Shown here one piece after another: positions 47,268 to 59,336 of a stretch of DNA of 64,000 nt (position 1 is its first letter; each line of letters starts with the position of its first letter). Source of the DNA: Squalus acanthias (taxonomy: Eukaryota); the NCBI GenBank assembly GCA_030390025.1, contig CM059430.1, forward strand, positions 72,974,001 through 73,038,000. The letters are read 5' to 3'. The notes beneath the pieces were generated by a model, which made no database searches, was not told where the DNA came from, and saw only the letters and a program-made list of their open reading frames with translations. The position numbers were made by a program, and so were the translations under genes.

Positions 47268-50200
47268 AAAGGAAAATGAAGCCAGGTGTTCAACGTGTGA
47301 CCAACCTAAGTTATGGCGGAAGATCGGCGGAAAGCCCACGGAAATTTGGGTAGATTGTGTTCCTGCAAGAAAACTTGAGGCATTGCGGTCATTAACCAGG
47401 GTTTTACATCCCGTTGGACTATCACCATTCTTTCCCCTAACGTCTGGGGAAGGTAAAAAGAAAAACTGCGAAAACGGCCGTTACCAAACCTTGTCGACGA
47501 TTCGCCTGGGGATTGCACCCGTGTTCTGTGGGTTCACGATAGGATTCTCGTTGTTGATGATTCATTTTCAAGGCGTCTTCGTTTTTAAAGCTGTAAAACT
47601 TGATGTTGATTTTTTCTACCAGGTTTGCATTTCTCAAATAGACCCCAACAATGTTTGAAATTTAAAACAGGAAAAGGTACAGCTCGTTTTATTGAATTAA
47701 ATTACATTGAAACAGAAGTGATATTCCAACATGTAAAATAGTGAAATGTTTTCTATAAAGGAACAGTTACCAACGATTTTCAACAGGCCCATTTCGCTGG
47801 TGGTTTTTGGGCATTTTGTTACAGTTACAATACTCAGAAAAATACAAGGGTCCCAAGAATATCTTAATTTAATAAATGTTTTGACATTCACTTATTGGCA
47901 AAACTTTATGATTTGATCATACGTGAGCAGGTAAACACATGGAAGAACTTTCATGTTAAATAAAAACATTATCCGTTTGTGCTAACCTTCTGAAATTTAC
48001 CGTTTCTTGTTGGATTCCCTGAACTCCGAGGCATGAGATCTGGAGAATAATCGCAAAAATTGCAGTTGTAAATTTTTTCAAAAGACAATTCAGCTGCACT
48101 TATTTAAGACCAATGTCAGGCCTTGTCCATTACCATAACATCTCGTTCCGTTTTTTAGCGTCAAAGCTACTTCACAACGGGCCGTCAATCCTCGAAATAT
48201 GCAGCCGTTTAGCTGCCATCCCCTCCACTCTCTGTGTACCGACACTCTAAAATACAGTGCACTCACTGTTAAATAGCTAATGAGTGAATGGTTAGATGTT
48301 TGTAGCTATTGGCTTTTCACCCATGGTCCAACGTACTTGCAGTTGTAATGCCACAATATTTGCTATAAATAAGCAGACTTTCCGTCCTACAATAAAACAG
48401 GGACAAAAAAGCATCAAATTTCACTTGTAAAATGAAGTAAAGGAAATTCGCAGCAGATCATTTACCGATAATAGAACGAAAATGCATGATACAACATTTC
48501 AGGCATTTCAGATGAAGGGGAAATTCCCGAAATGTTTTGAACCTGTCTCGCACTTCCAAATTTGTTGTCACGCTAGATACCCTAAACTAATAAAGAACTG
48601 ATGATTTCATTGTTAAACATTTCAAATGACCCAGCGCACTAACCTTTCGAAATTGTGAATACCAGATTTCCAATACCGTTTGTGTGGGAAATTGCTGCCT
48701 AATATCATTCCAGAATGACGTAGCTCTCATTTTAAGATCTTGTCTTGTTCTAAATTCCTCCACAAGAGGAAATAGCTCCTGTTCTGTATCTACACTTACT
48801 AATTACTTGATCATTTTAAACACCTCAAGTAAATAAGTCCTCAACGTTCTAATCTCAAGCCAGCATCAGCCACGCTTAAGAAACATGTCCTCATGAGACT
48901 TAAGCGATGGCTAGGTTTACCACTCCCAAACAAGTCCAAGTATGTATTTTACCACCGAGGGAGTTGATAGTGTAAAATGTGCGTTATCCACTCAGCCGCC
49001 CGTTGTACATCTCTGCCGATTCTCATTTCCATGAAACCGTCCATGTTATAATAACAGACAAAGTCACAATTACCCCCAACAAGTCTTAAGAATTAGTCAT
49101 ATATTTTGCGCGCACGTGCTATCCATTCACTGGGATCAAAGGAGAGGAAATAGGAACCTAGTTGCCCGGTAGCATCGGCAGGCTTTGTGATGATTCAGAT
49201 AATGCCAATCGAAACCAATTTCATGATAGCCTTACTATTTTAGAATAAGAGCGTTGTTTCATTTGCTGGACTACTGACTAGACACTTGCTGATGAATAAA
49301 GTTGTACCCATTACATCCTTTCATCTTTTTACACCTAATCTGCATATTTAAATTGGCATTCCCCTAATCAATCCACACACCACGACACGCTTATTAAATG
49401 GGGTTTTCTAGTCATCACTATTTTGTACCTATGATGCTCGCTCACACGTCAATTTTAAAATTAATCACTGTTGACTATGCTGTGCGAAATTTTTTTGTAG
49501 TTTCAGCCCATCAAAAATGTAGTGTTATACCATTTATCTACGTGGAAGTATGTCTCAACCAGACATACATCGTCGCATTCAACGATTCTGTAGCTTTACC
49601 AACAACTACACATGCATTATATTCTTACTTGCACATAAAATAGCAATACTCCCAAACCATAGACCGCTCTTCTCTGTAATAGGGCAACAATGATACGGGA
49701 GCGTCTCTAAGGTGGTGTTCCCTACGGCTTGTGAAGTTCTAACATTTAACTTTTTTACTTACTGGGAATTTCATAAATTAATTCATAGTCATCCCCTTTT
49801 CTGACTACAATTCGCAAAATACTCACCCTGCAACTGTATGTTATAAAGTTCTCTTAAATATGCTATATATTGCTTATTGTGTAATGATGTATTGGATCAT
49901 TTTATTTCAGTTAAAATACTGATTTTATATATACGTTTCAGTTTCAGCCAGTTTATTGAAAAGTAACATTTGCTGAAAGAGTATAAAAAGAAAACCCTTC
50001 TAAAACTTCTTGCATCACATTGTGCATAACTTCCATAAGCTGGCAGAATGTTCGTGACGGTCCTTTTCTTCTGAACTATAGACAAATCAGTTTCCCTACA
50101 ACCATTTAGTCCTTTCCACAACCCTTTGAAGATATATGGTATCGCGGCCGTTTCCAGGATCCAGTTTAACGAGTGGCGCTGTAAACTGTGACTCTCTTCA

Positions 50201-51229
50201 CTTCTTTGGTATTGGCTTTTCATCTGAGCTCATGGAATACTCCACGTCTCTGGCTTTCACCAGCATACAATCGGCTGGAGATAATCGATCTCTTTTGTTA
50301 GTGATATATTTCAGACAGTCACATCAAACAGCGATTCGCTCACCCTGCCAATTATGTCCTACTGACAAGTCTATTGTTATAATCGTTTAAAATATTTAGT
50401 TTAGCCGGATTAATGTTGCACTCATTATCTTTTAAATCCGCTCTATATCGAGGCATCTATTCCACACTTCATTTCGAGATATCTTGGTGTATTGATGAAG
50501 GGAATCACAGGCTTTGCTACACCGGTACCTCGCCAAGAGACTTCGCATATACACGCATGAAGGCGAGAAGTTGCGTGACTTACCCACTTAACACAGCAGA
50601 AAAAGTTAGGGTTAGTGCATGTGGATAGCAGAATTTTTAACGGCATGATAAGTTGTAATTACTGCCACTCAATCTTTGGCTCTGCGAATTTAGTTTTGCA
50701 AGTGTTTAGTCTCATTCCTTCAGAATTTAATTATTGTTCGAGATTTTTCCAAAAAAAATTGTTTAAACTTTTTCCGTCTCTTTTTTCTCTCCCTTAATCT
50801 CATATTTATTTCCCTCTTTTTATTTCGCTTTCTGCATGTGATTTTACTTTAAATTAAATATTCTAATTTATACTTCCTGGCTTGGAATCATCGTGCATCA
50901 GTTAGGAGACTTCAATCTGATTGAAGAGACACGCTGTTTCTTGGCCCATATACCACCGATCCCCTGTAGAGGGCACTGCTCTGAAAATGATCTCTAAATA
51001 CCGTAAACTGGCGCTCAAAAACCCAGGTAAATTCTGTTAGCGGAACAAACGGTGAGTATCATTCCTTTGCCGGTGACGGCAAAATCCGTGACAGTGCGTC
51101 ATTCTTCCACAAGCGTTTTCACTTGAAGAACAGTATACAATTGATTTGAAATTTCAGGACAGAATGGTCCTAAAATTCCACGCAAGTTCTCCTGATCTCC
51201 CGTGGCAGGAGACGGCAGAACCGAAGGGA

Positions 51230-53430
51230 AATAGGGAGTAGGCCATTTAGCTCCTCGAGCCTGTTCTGCCACTCATTGAGATCATGGCTGATCTCTGACA
51301 TCATTCCATATACCCGTCTTTGCCCCATGGATTTTAATACCTTTGGTTAACAACAAACTAACAATTTCAGATTTAAAACTAACAATAGGCCCAGCATCAA
51401 CTCTCATTTGCAGAAGATAATTCCAAACTTCTACCAACCTTTGCGTTTAGAAGTGTTTCTTAACTTCACTCTTGAAAGACCTGGATCTATTTTTTTGGCC
51501 TAGATATCTCAAACAGCGGAATTATTTCATCTCTATCTACCCGATCAGTGCCCCGTAATATCTTGAAATCTTCGATAAAATCAACCCTTAGCCTTCTAAA
51601 TTTCAAGGAATACAATCGATATTGAGGAATCGCTCCTCGTAATTTAACCCTTGGAGTCCAGGTATCATGCTGGCAAATCTACGCTGCACTCGCTCCAAGA
51701 CCAATATATCCTTCCTAATATGTGGTGCCCAGAGCTGAACACAGAACTGCAGGTGTAGTCTAACCAGGGATGTGTATAGCTGTAGCATGAATTCTAACCC
51801 CTTTTATTCTAGTCCTCTGGATATAAAGGCTAGCAATCAATTAACTGTTATGATTTTTTGTACCTTTCCATGACACTTTAATGCTCTACGTACATGGAGC
51901 CCTACGTCTATTTGGCCATCACTGCTTCAAGCTTTTCCCCATTTAGATTTTTTGTACCTTTCCGTGACACTTTAATGCTCTACGTACATGGAGCCCTACG
52001 TCTATTTGGCCATCACTGCTTCAAGCTTTTCCCCATTTAGAAGTTACTCTGTTCTATCATTTACGGTTCAAAGTGCATGACCTCATACTAACCGATATTG
52101 AAATTCATTTGCCACAATTTTGCCCATGCACTTATTCTATTAATATCTCTTTGTAATTTATGCTTCTACCTACACTGCTTACAATGCCGCTTATATATTT
52201 GTAATCGGAGAACTTGGATGTGGCTCTCTATCCCGTCAACTAAGTCGTGAATAGTTGACGCCCCAGCACAGATCCTTGTGGGACGCTGCTAATCACATCC
52301 TGCCAATTAGATAACCTGCCAATGAACCCTGCTCTCTTTCTCCTGCCGCTCAACCGATTTCCTAACCAGGTCAATAATTTGTCCTTATTTCCATAAGCTT
52401 TACTTTAGATAACAATCTCTTATGAGGGATTTTATCGAAACCCTTCTCAAAGTCCATATCAATAACATCCATCGACATTAATGATCCACTACTTCAATCA
52501 CTTCTTCAAAAAATTCTATCAGATTCGTCAGGCATGAATTACCCTTTACAAATATTTCATCAGCTGAACATTTTCAAGGTGCTTATTCACTCTATCCTTA
52601 ATTACAGACTCTACTGACTTCCCGACAAGAGATGTTAGGCTACATGGTCTGGATTTCCCTGCTTTCCCTCGCTCACCTTTCTTAAATAGCCGAGTGATTA
52701 GTTCAATTTTCCAAACAGAAGGAACGGTTCTTGGGTCGCGACTAATTTGTACGATCATATTTCGGGCATCTGCAATGTTTTCATCTATTTCCTTTTAAAC
52801 CCTGGGATGAAAACCAGCTGTTCTGGGGGATTTTTCACTCTTTAGTGCCATTATTATCGTCATTACTATTAATTTGCTTACGTTAATTATGGTGAGTCGT
52901 TGTCCCGGATTCAATATTATTTTCCTTGGGATGTCCAGCATGATATCCGCTTCCTCTACTGTAAATACTGACACAAAGTAAATATTTAACAAATCCACCA
53001 TTTACTTATTTTCATTTATAATATCAACATTATCAGTTTTTAAGGGGCCCAATCTGCTCTTAATAAACCTCTTTTTCCTGAAATAATTTTGAATGTTTTT
53101 TTTTGTTTTAGATATTCCTTTCAAGTTTCATTTCATATTCCCTTTTTTGTAGCTCGTACTACCTGTTTCGTCATCATTTACTATATTTTGTATCTCTACG
53201 GTTTGCCAGGATTAGTGTTATTTTTTGAACACTTGCATGTTTTTTCTTTTAATTTTATGATGTACCTTACTTGTTTCGTCACCCGTGGCTGTTTTTTCTT
53301 TTGGAAGTTCAGCTTTCGCACCTTTGGGGAATAAACGGGTTTTGTATCACGTTAAATTCTTTTTTGAACACCTCCCACTAATCTTCTGTCGTTTTACCCA
53401 TTAACAGATTTGCCATGTTTAATATAGCTA
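51230..53430 (-). mobile_element. Decayed CR1 ORF2 (continues briefly at 54290-54325)
   Basis: LQLYTSLVRLHLQFCVQLWAP; LFKKGERGKAGKSRPCSLTS; KSPRTAGFHPRV. Confidence 0.85.
51852..52039. repeat. 94-bp direct tandem duplication with one mismatch
   Basis: gattttttgtacctttcc[a/g]tgacac...ccccattta occurs twice (51852-51945, 51946-52039). Confidence 0.95.
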
Positions 53431-53433
53431 CAC

Positions 53434-54288
53434 GAGGGTGAAATTCAGTATCGCCCCAGGGGGCGCAATTATCGGCCGGGCGCAAAGATTAGCGCCTGGC
53501 GCTAATTATCGTCTCCAACTGCAAACTTGACTTTTATCGCCTCTGGAGGTGTTTGGAGCGCTAAATCAGGCCCTTCACACCTGTCTTAAGGCGCAAAGGC
53601 CGAGGAGGGAGGTGCTACCTCAGAGCGTTGGCGAAGCTCATGTGATGTCAGTCAGCAATGGAACACACCAACAATGGCGCCGGCCAGTTCTTAAAGTGAA
53701 GGGTTGATCTTGCTTTCCATCCACATCCTGCTCATTGCTGCCTTGAATCTCGGCCTGAAGAGACCTGTACATGAAATCTGCTGGAAAGAACAATGGAGAG
53801 TAGCAGGGAAAGAGCTCAGAGTGCAGCACCCACAGTCTCTTCTAAATCGATACAAGGAAGGGCAAATCAAAATGAAACTGCAAAGTGCAGCTCACTACCT
53901 AAAACTCCTTTACACTGCGTTGAATCTCTCCAGAAGTCTGTCTCTCTCTCTCTCAGAATGCCTGGTTCAAAAATGTCACCAACAATAAAAGGCAGGAAGC
54001 GGTCGCCTTTAAATAGCACTCCCCTAGTCCCTTCCTGACTGCAAAACGCTCCGCTCAACCTGTCGTTGCTAGCGGCAGGCAGTAAGGCAGGGGGACTTGC
54101 ACACTCGACTGACGTCACGTCTGCCGGCGCAGGAGATCGTGACGGTAGTGTTTAGCGCTGCCTCATAATGTCTAGTTAATTTCACGAGAGGCGCAAATAT
54201 CGCCGCGCCCGAGCACTAGTTTCTTTGCGCCCCATTAGCGTCCTCTTAAGGCGCTAACGGGCGCCGCAACCAACTGAATTTTTCCCCC
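53434..54288. mobile_element. Non-autonomous Harbinger-like element with TIRs
   Basis: GAGGGTGAAATTCAGT ... ACTGAATTTTTCCCCC (13/16 match); GC-rich subterminal GGCGC motifs like those at 6150-6355. Confidence 0.7.
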
Positions 54289-54335
54289 ATAGTATCTGTT
54301 TCATCCACTTGAAGTCGGCCATACTTAAACCTACA

Positions 54336-54521
54336 GGCCTAGAAATTCGTTTCGGGTGATGGCGGAAATTGGGCGGTATCGGATCCGCCGCCTGCTCCAC
54401 GCAGCAGTTGCTATTCATTTCCAATGCAGTCAATGGAACTGAATATAAGGTGTTGCGTATAACAGGTTGTCGATCCGAAACCGCCCGTATTGCTTCACCA
54501 CCCGAGACGAATTTCTAGGCC
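54336..54521. mobile_element. 186-bp fold-back MITE
   Basis: Perfect 14-bp TIR ggcctagaaattcg / cgaatttctaggcc, with imperfect pairing continuing inward. Confidence 0.85.
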
Positions 54522-54663
54522 AGAATTTTCGCTCTTTCGCATTTCTGTCTGTGTATGCCTTCCGGTAGGGTTTTCCCTGGGAGATCGAGTTAAAGACTAA
54601 ATTCAACCGTTAATCAAAATTACTATGTATAATCGCAATGGAATGTGCGTTTTAATTATGACC

Positions 54664-54748
54664 TCAATATTCCACCGGAGCTCTCTCGCTGTCCTGCCAT
54701 ACGTGCCCTCCGGCTACAACGTTTTTCCTGGTCTCTTTACCTGGTCTC
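54664..54748 (-). CDS. Gene B candidate cytoplasmic exon
   Basis: ttttcccctttcatttgagcag| acceptor; phase 2 continues the TM exon as RRPGKETRKNVVAGGHVWQDSERAPVEY*. Confidence 0.5.
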
Positions 54749-55099
54749 CTGCTCAAATGAAAGGGGAAAATTAAGAGAGCCCTTGCAAATCTCCCATGCT
54801 TAGAAGCGTTTGATAATCAGATAATAGTAACACCAATCCTAATATCGGTGGGCTACCAAGATAATTGCAAGAGAAACGGTACAAATGATCGTTTTCGGAA
54901 TTTATGCAATTTTATAGCCTTTTCACCTGTACCCGCTCCCCCCAAACCTACAGCGGAAGGCAGGTGACAGCTCCGTGGAACATTGGGACCAATATATGCG
55001 TTCAACCGAATTCTAAATTGATATGGAATTCAGGCATTGGAAGAAGGTCCGTGCAGAATAACTGAAAACCAAGCATAAGTTATAGGCTGAAATGTAATA

Positions 55100-55800
55100 G
55101 AGAAATTGGGATGTTGTGAATGGCGCACAGCGAATTTCTGAGAACGATCTGTGGCAGGATCAGTTGACGAGGCTTTTAAAATCATACAGTATCATAAGCT
55201 TTATAAATAGAGGCATATATTACAAAAGCAAGGAAGTTATATGAAACCTTTATAAATTACTGGTTATGTCTCAGTTGGAGTAGTATGTACAATTCTGGAC
55301 ACCACACTTTAGGCAGGATGCTAAGGATTTGCAGAAGGAGCAGACGAGGTTTGCGAGTGTGGTGCCAGGGATGAGGGACTTCCGTTATGTGGGGAGATTA
55401 AAGAAGCTAGCGTCATTCTACTTACAGCAGAGAGGGCTAACGGGAGATTTAATACAGGTGTTCAAAATTAGTACATTAGGTGCAACTCCTTCCACTGACA
55501 GGAGGGTCGTTAACCGGAGGATAAAGGTTTTAGATAAATGGCGAAAGAAGCAGAGAGGCATTACGAGAATTTGTTTCGGCAGCAAGTTGTTATGATGTGG
55601 AATGCTTTGCCTTAAAGGGCAGTGGAAGGAGATTCAATCGTAACTTTCAAAGGGGAATTGGATAAATACTTGAAAAGGAATCCAATGCAGGGTTGTGGTG
55701 AAATAGCAGACGACTGGGAATAAATGAATAGCATTTTTAAAGAGCCTGCAACTGATCTATGGGCTGAATGACCTCTTTCTGCGCTGTATGATGCTATGTA
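55100..55800 (+). mobile_element. Decayed CR1 3' fragment
   Basis: aattctggacaccacactttagg; GDLIQVFKI. Confidence 0.75.
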
Positions 55801-56005
55801 TATAAGGCATGTCCCATTGAGGAACTGAGGATACAATGATGGACGATTTCAACTGCTGTGTCCAATCAGCATTAAACTGCCGCCCTGATATCACTTCCTG
55901 GATGTTCTCATGGTTTCAGGTTTTTCATCATTATGTGTTTATTGAGTATTAATCTCTCCAATTCATTAGCAATTGTGCTTTTTCCATGTTATCAATTTCT
56001 CTTAC

Positions 56006-56120
56006 CTGCAGAAGTTATCTGGTTTAATGTGGTTGAGGATGATCATCATTAGTAGAATAATTACCAATATCCCCACGCTGGATCGATAAATCAGGTGGAA
56101 TGGGAAGACAGCGTGATAAC
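56006..56120 (-). CDS. Gene B transmembrane exon
   Basis: ccttttccag| acceptor and CAG|GTAAG donor, 115 nt, phase 1/2; GYHAVFPFHLIYRSSVGILVIILLMMIILNHIKPDNFC. Confidence 0.88.
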
Positions 56121-56523
56121 CTGGAAAAGGTACAAGGCAATCCATGATTCACAGCTCACTTCCAACAGCCATACCAATCGGATGATATTTTTTCTTCCGA
56201 ATAACTAATGAAAAATTATCCGCTTGATGGTTTAGAATGTATCTTTCTGTTTTGTATGAAAGAACCGCTTCAATTTAAATCTTTTAGAATAAAAGCACAT
56301 TGGAGCAAAACTTCCTCCTATTGCTATGTGTCAGGAAACCGTCAAAGTTTTGGCAAAGATTGTCTACCTTCGTCGTTTTTTAGCGGTACTATAAACAAAA
56401 TCAAAAGAAAATAATTAAAAAGACGCTAGACGCAATGAGCATACGAAATCTTTCAAAACGCATTTATAAATCGATCAGAGAGTATCGCAGCTAATTAGTG
56501 GAACACAATCGAACAATATTAAT

Positions 56524-57256
56524 GGGCCGGATTTTCCGATCGGAGGCTTCCTGCGTGCGATTCCTCCAGTTCGGAAAAATCCACAAACATACCTGCTGGC
56601 TCCATAGGTCCCGATACTTCCGATCCTGGGCCTCTCCTTCTCCGAGCGCGCAGAGGCCCAGGTAGCCCAGGGGCGCAGGCGGTTCGCAAGCGTTCTTGGG
56701 ATCACGTGGGTCATGAGGAAACAAAGAAGGGAATTCACCTGCACACTTTTGACAGGTCTCTACGCATAGATCTGTCAAAAGTATGAATGGGGATCACTTA
56801 AAAAGCACAGTTAAATATTAAATACATTAAAAAACAGGTTTTTAAAATTACATTAAATTATTATATTTTAAACAAAAATGTAATTTTTTGAAAAAAATCA
56901 TTAAAGTTTTGTACGCGGCTAAAAATAAACTTACCTTTTTTAAAGTATTGTTAAATGATAAATGAGTGGAAAACAATTATTTAAAAAAAAATTTAAACAC
57001 CTATGCTGGTAAAAGCAGGCTTAACTCCCGCTTTTACCAGGCGTAAGTTTTTTAAAGGTTTTCAGCGGGTGGAGTTTGTGCAGAAAGCGGACCTCTCCAC
57101 CGCAGAGGCCCTTCTCCCGGGCAGGCGGATGATCTGTCAAGAGAATTCTTGACAGATTGGAAATGCCGGGTTTTAGCGCATGCGCTTCGCATGCCTGAAT
57201 CCGGCACTTGCGAAGGCCCTCCGGTTGCGTACACACCTTGTCGGAAAATCCGGCTC
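56524..57256. mobile_element. Complete MITE in the gene B C1-TM intron
   Basis: aat|gggccggattttccga ... tcggaaaatccggctc|att. Confidence 0.88.
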
Positions 57257-57515
57257 ATTAGCATTATGGACACTTTCCTTTTGAAAACTGGCATTCTCCA
57301 GAAGTTGAATTGGAACAGCACTTCCTATATATCATTAGATAGATAGCCAGAACGGAAAAGGCATGTGTCCCATTACTGTAAATTGCGATAAAACGAAGTT
57401 TTAGAGATAAAATGATAATATGCAAATCAGCTGCTACAGTCGGTTAGGTGCAATAGAAAATAGATTTATGTGGGGGAAAAACAGAACGATACAAGTGCGA
57501 CGCGTGTTAAAATAT

Positions 57516-57812
57516 CATCTTTGTAGCTGGTGTAGATGACACTGGCTGGAATTAGCAGAGAAACATGCGACACTTCACAGGTATAAAGTACCCCGCTCTG
57601 GACAGGATGTGTCTCTTCTAAAGAGCTGGAAACTTCATACAGTCCCTCCTCATTTAAATGTTGTACCGTTCCAAATCCAGACATAAGTTCGAATACCATC
57701 TTTATGCCAAGTGAGTTTAAAGTCCTTCGGGTAAAATCCGGCCGTTCTGCACTGGAGGTTGAGAAAAGAAGGCGAAACTCCTTCAGATGCTTTGGGGAGA
57801 ATCGTCAGTGGA
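57516..57812 (-). pseudogene. Gene B Ig C1-set exon, disrupted; first ~10 nt and acceptor lie in the gap
   Basis: LNLQCRTAGFYPKDFKLTWHKDG, then one extra base near 57694, then FELMSG...YTCEVSHVSL; expected donor reads G|ATATT. Confidence 0.8.
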
Positions 57813-57949
57813 NNNNNNNNNNNNNNNNNNNNNNNNNNNNNNNNNNNNNNNNNNNNNNNNNNNNNNNNNNNNNNNNNNNNNNNNNNNNNNNNNNNNNNNN
57901 NNNNNNNNNNNNNNNNNNNNNNNNNNNNNNNNNNNNNNNNNNNNNNNNN
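57813..57949. other. Assembly gap
   Basis: Run of N. Confidence 1.
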
Positions 57950-58489
57950 AGGAAAATGTTTTGATTTAAATCTACCTAATGATTAATACAATAAAATAAG
58001 TCCTGTTATGATTTTAAAATTATAACTGACTTATCATTGACTAGGATGCAGCCATATCGATTGATTTCTTTATTATATTTTCGAAATTGTTTTTTCCGAT
58101 TTCCTCCTCTAACGCTACTAAATTATAACTTTATAAATATTCTCTGTTGTTAAATCTAGCAGAATGAATTTGACATAATTGTCCCATATATATTATTATT
58201 TCTACTTTTAGATCTGCGTGTTGTACTTGAAACTGTTTCAGTTATGCAGATTGTGTTCTGATATTAGGGACTTCAGGTACTCAGTTACAGCTCAGTCAAG
58301 ACGAAATGCTCTTGCTACTGAATAACAGGAACAGGAAGCAAAAGAAAAAAGTTTCTGATCAAAAATTAAAGTATTTTCTTAGCTAATCTCCTCTTTCCAT
58401 ACAGTAAATGGGATCCACTTTGAATACAATAATAAATTAATTAATGCATGTTTAAATAAATAAAGAAATACATAGTTGATGAATATGTT

Positions 58490-58784
58490 ACATATATATA
58501 TATATAGATAGATAGAAAGATAGATAGACCGATAGANNNNNNNNNNNNNNNNNNNNNNNNNNNNNNNNNNNNNNNNNNNNNNNNNNNNNNNNNNNNNNNN
58601 NNNNNNNNNNNNNNNNNNNNNNNNNNNNNNNNNNNNNNNNNNNNNNNNNNNNNNNNNNNNNNNNNNNNNNNNNNNNNNNNNNNNNNNNNNNNNNNNNNNN
58701 NNNNNNNNNNNNNNNNNNNNNNNNNNNNNNNNNNNNNNNNNNNNNNNNNNNNNNNNNNNNNNNNNNNNNNNNNNNNNNNNNNNN
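58490..58784. other. (TA)n/(TAGA)n microsatellite running into an assembly gap (58537-58784)
   Basis: Direct inspection. Confidence 0.95.
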
Positions 58785-59336
58785 AGATGCATGTGGAAGA
58801 ATAATTGTAAATAGGACTTGTCAAGTCAAACTAAAATTGATATGGAATGAATTACTTTGAAGTGCAATGACTGTTATATTAGCAAATACGAACTAGGTTA
58901 TGCATTTAATTCCTGGAATGGGAATAAAGCCAATCTTTAATTCCTGGAATTTCCTGATTGTATGTTATCATCATTGAACCTAAATTATGGCCCAGACCAT
59001 GAAGTGGGGAAAATAACAGATGCATATTTTATCTATGAAATCTGATGAAAAGTAAGCTCATTTCCTTAATTGATACGACCGTTAGAGTAGCAGAATTGGC
59101 CTTTCAATGAGGTCAAAGTAGTGAACCATTCATTGAAATGTAAGACGATTAACGTATAACGTGTTCTTAAGTCGCTATATAATGAGATGGCATTAACGAG
59201 ATTTACAATAACAAATGCATATAACATAGATACTTATTTCCGTGGAAACAACGTCTGTAACAACAATAAAATCATATTTTTGTTTTCCTTCTTAAATATC
59301 GTTTGAATATCGATGTAGATACAACTCGACCCATAC

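Noticed and set aside
25813-58536. TCTA/TAGA microsatellites in both V-C introns as a shared ancestral feature
   Set aside because: Opposite orientation and different positions; this is a common repeat type
57704-58824. ORFs spanning X runs
   Set aside because: Artefacts of translating through assembly gaps
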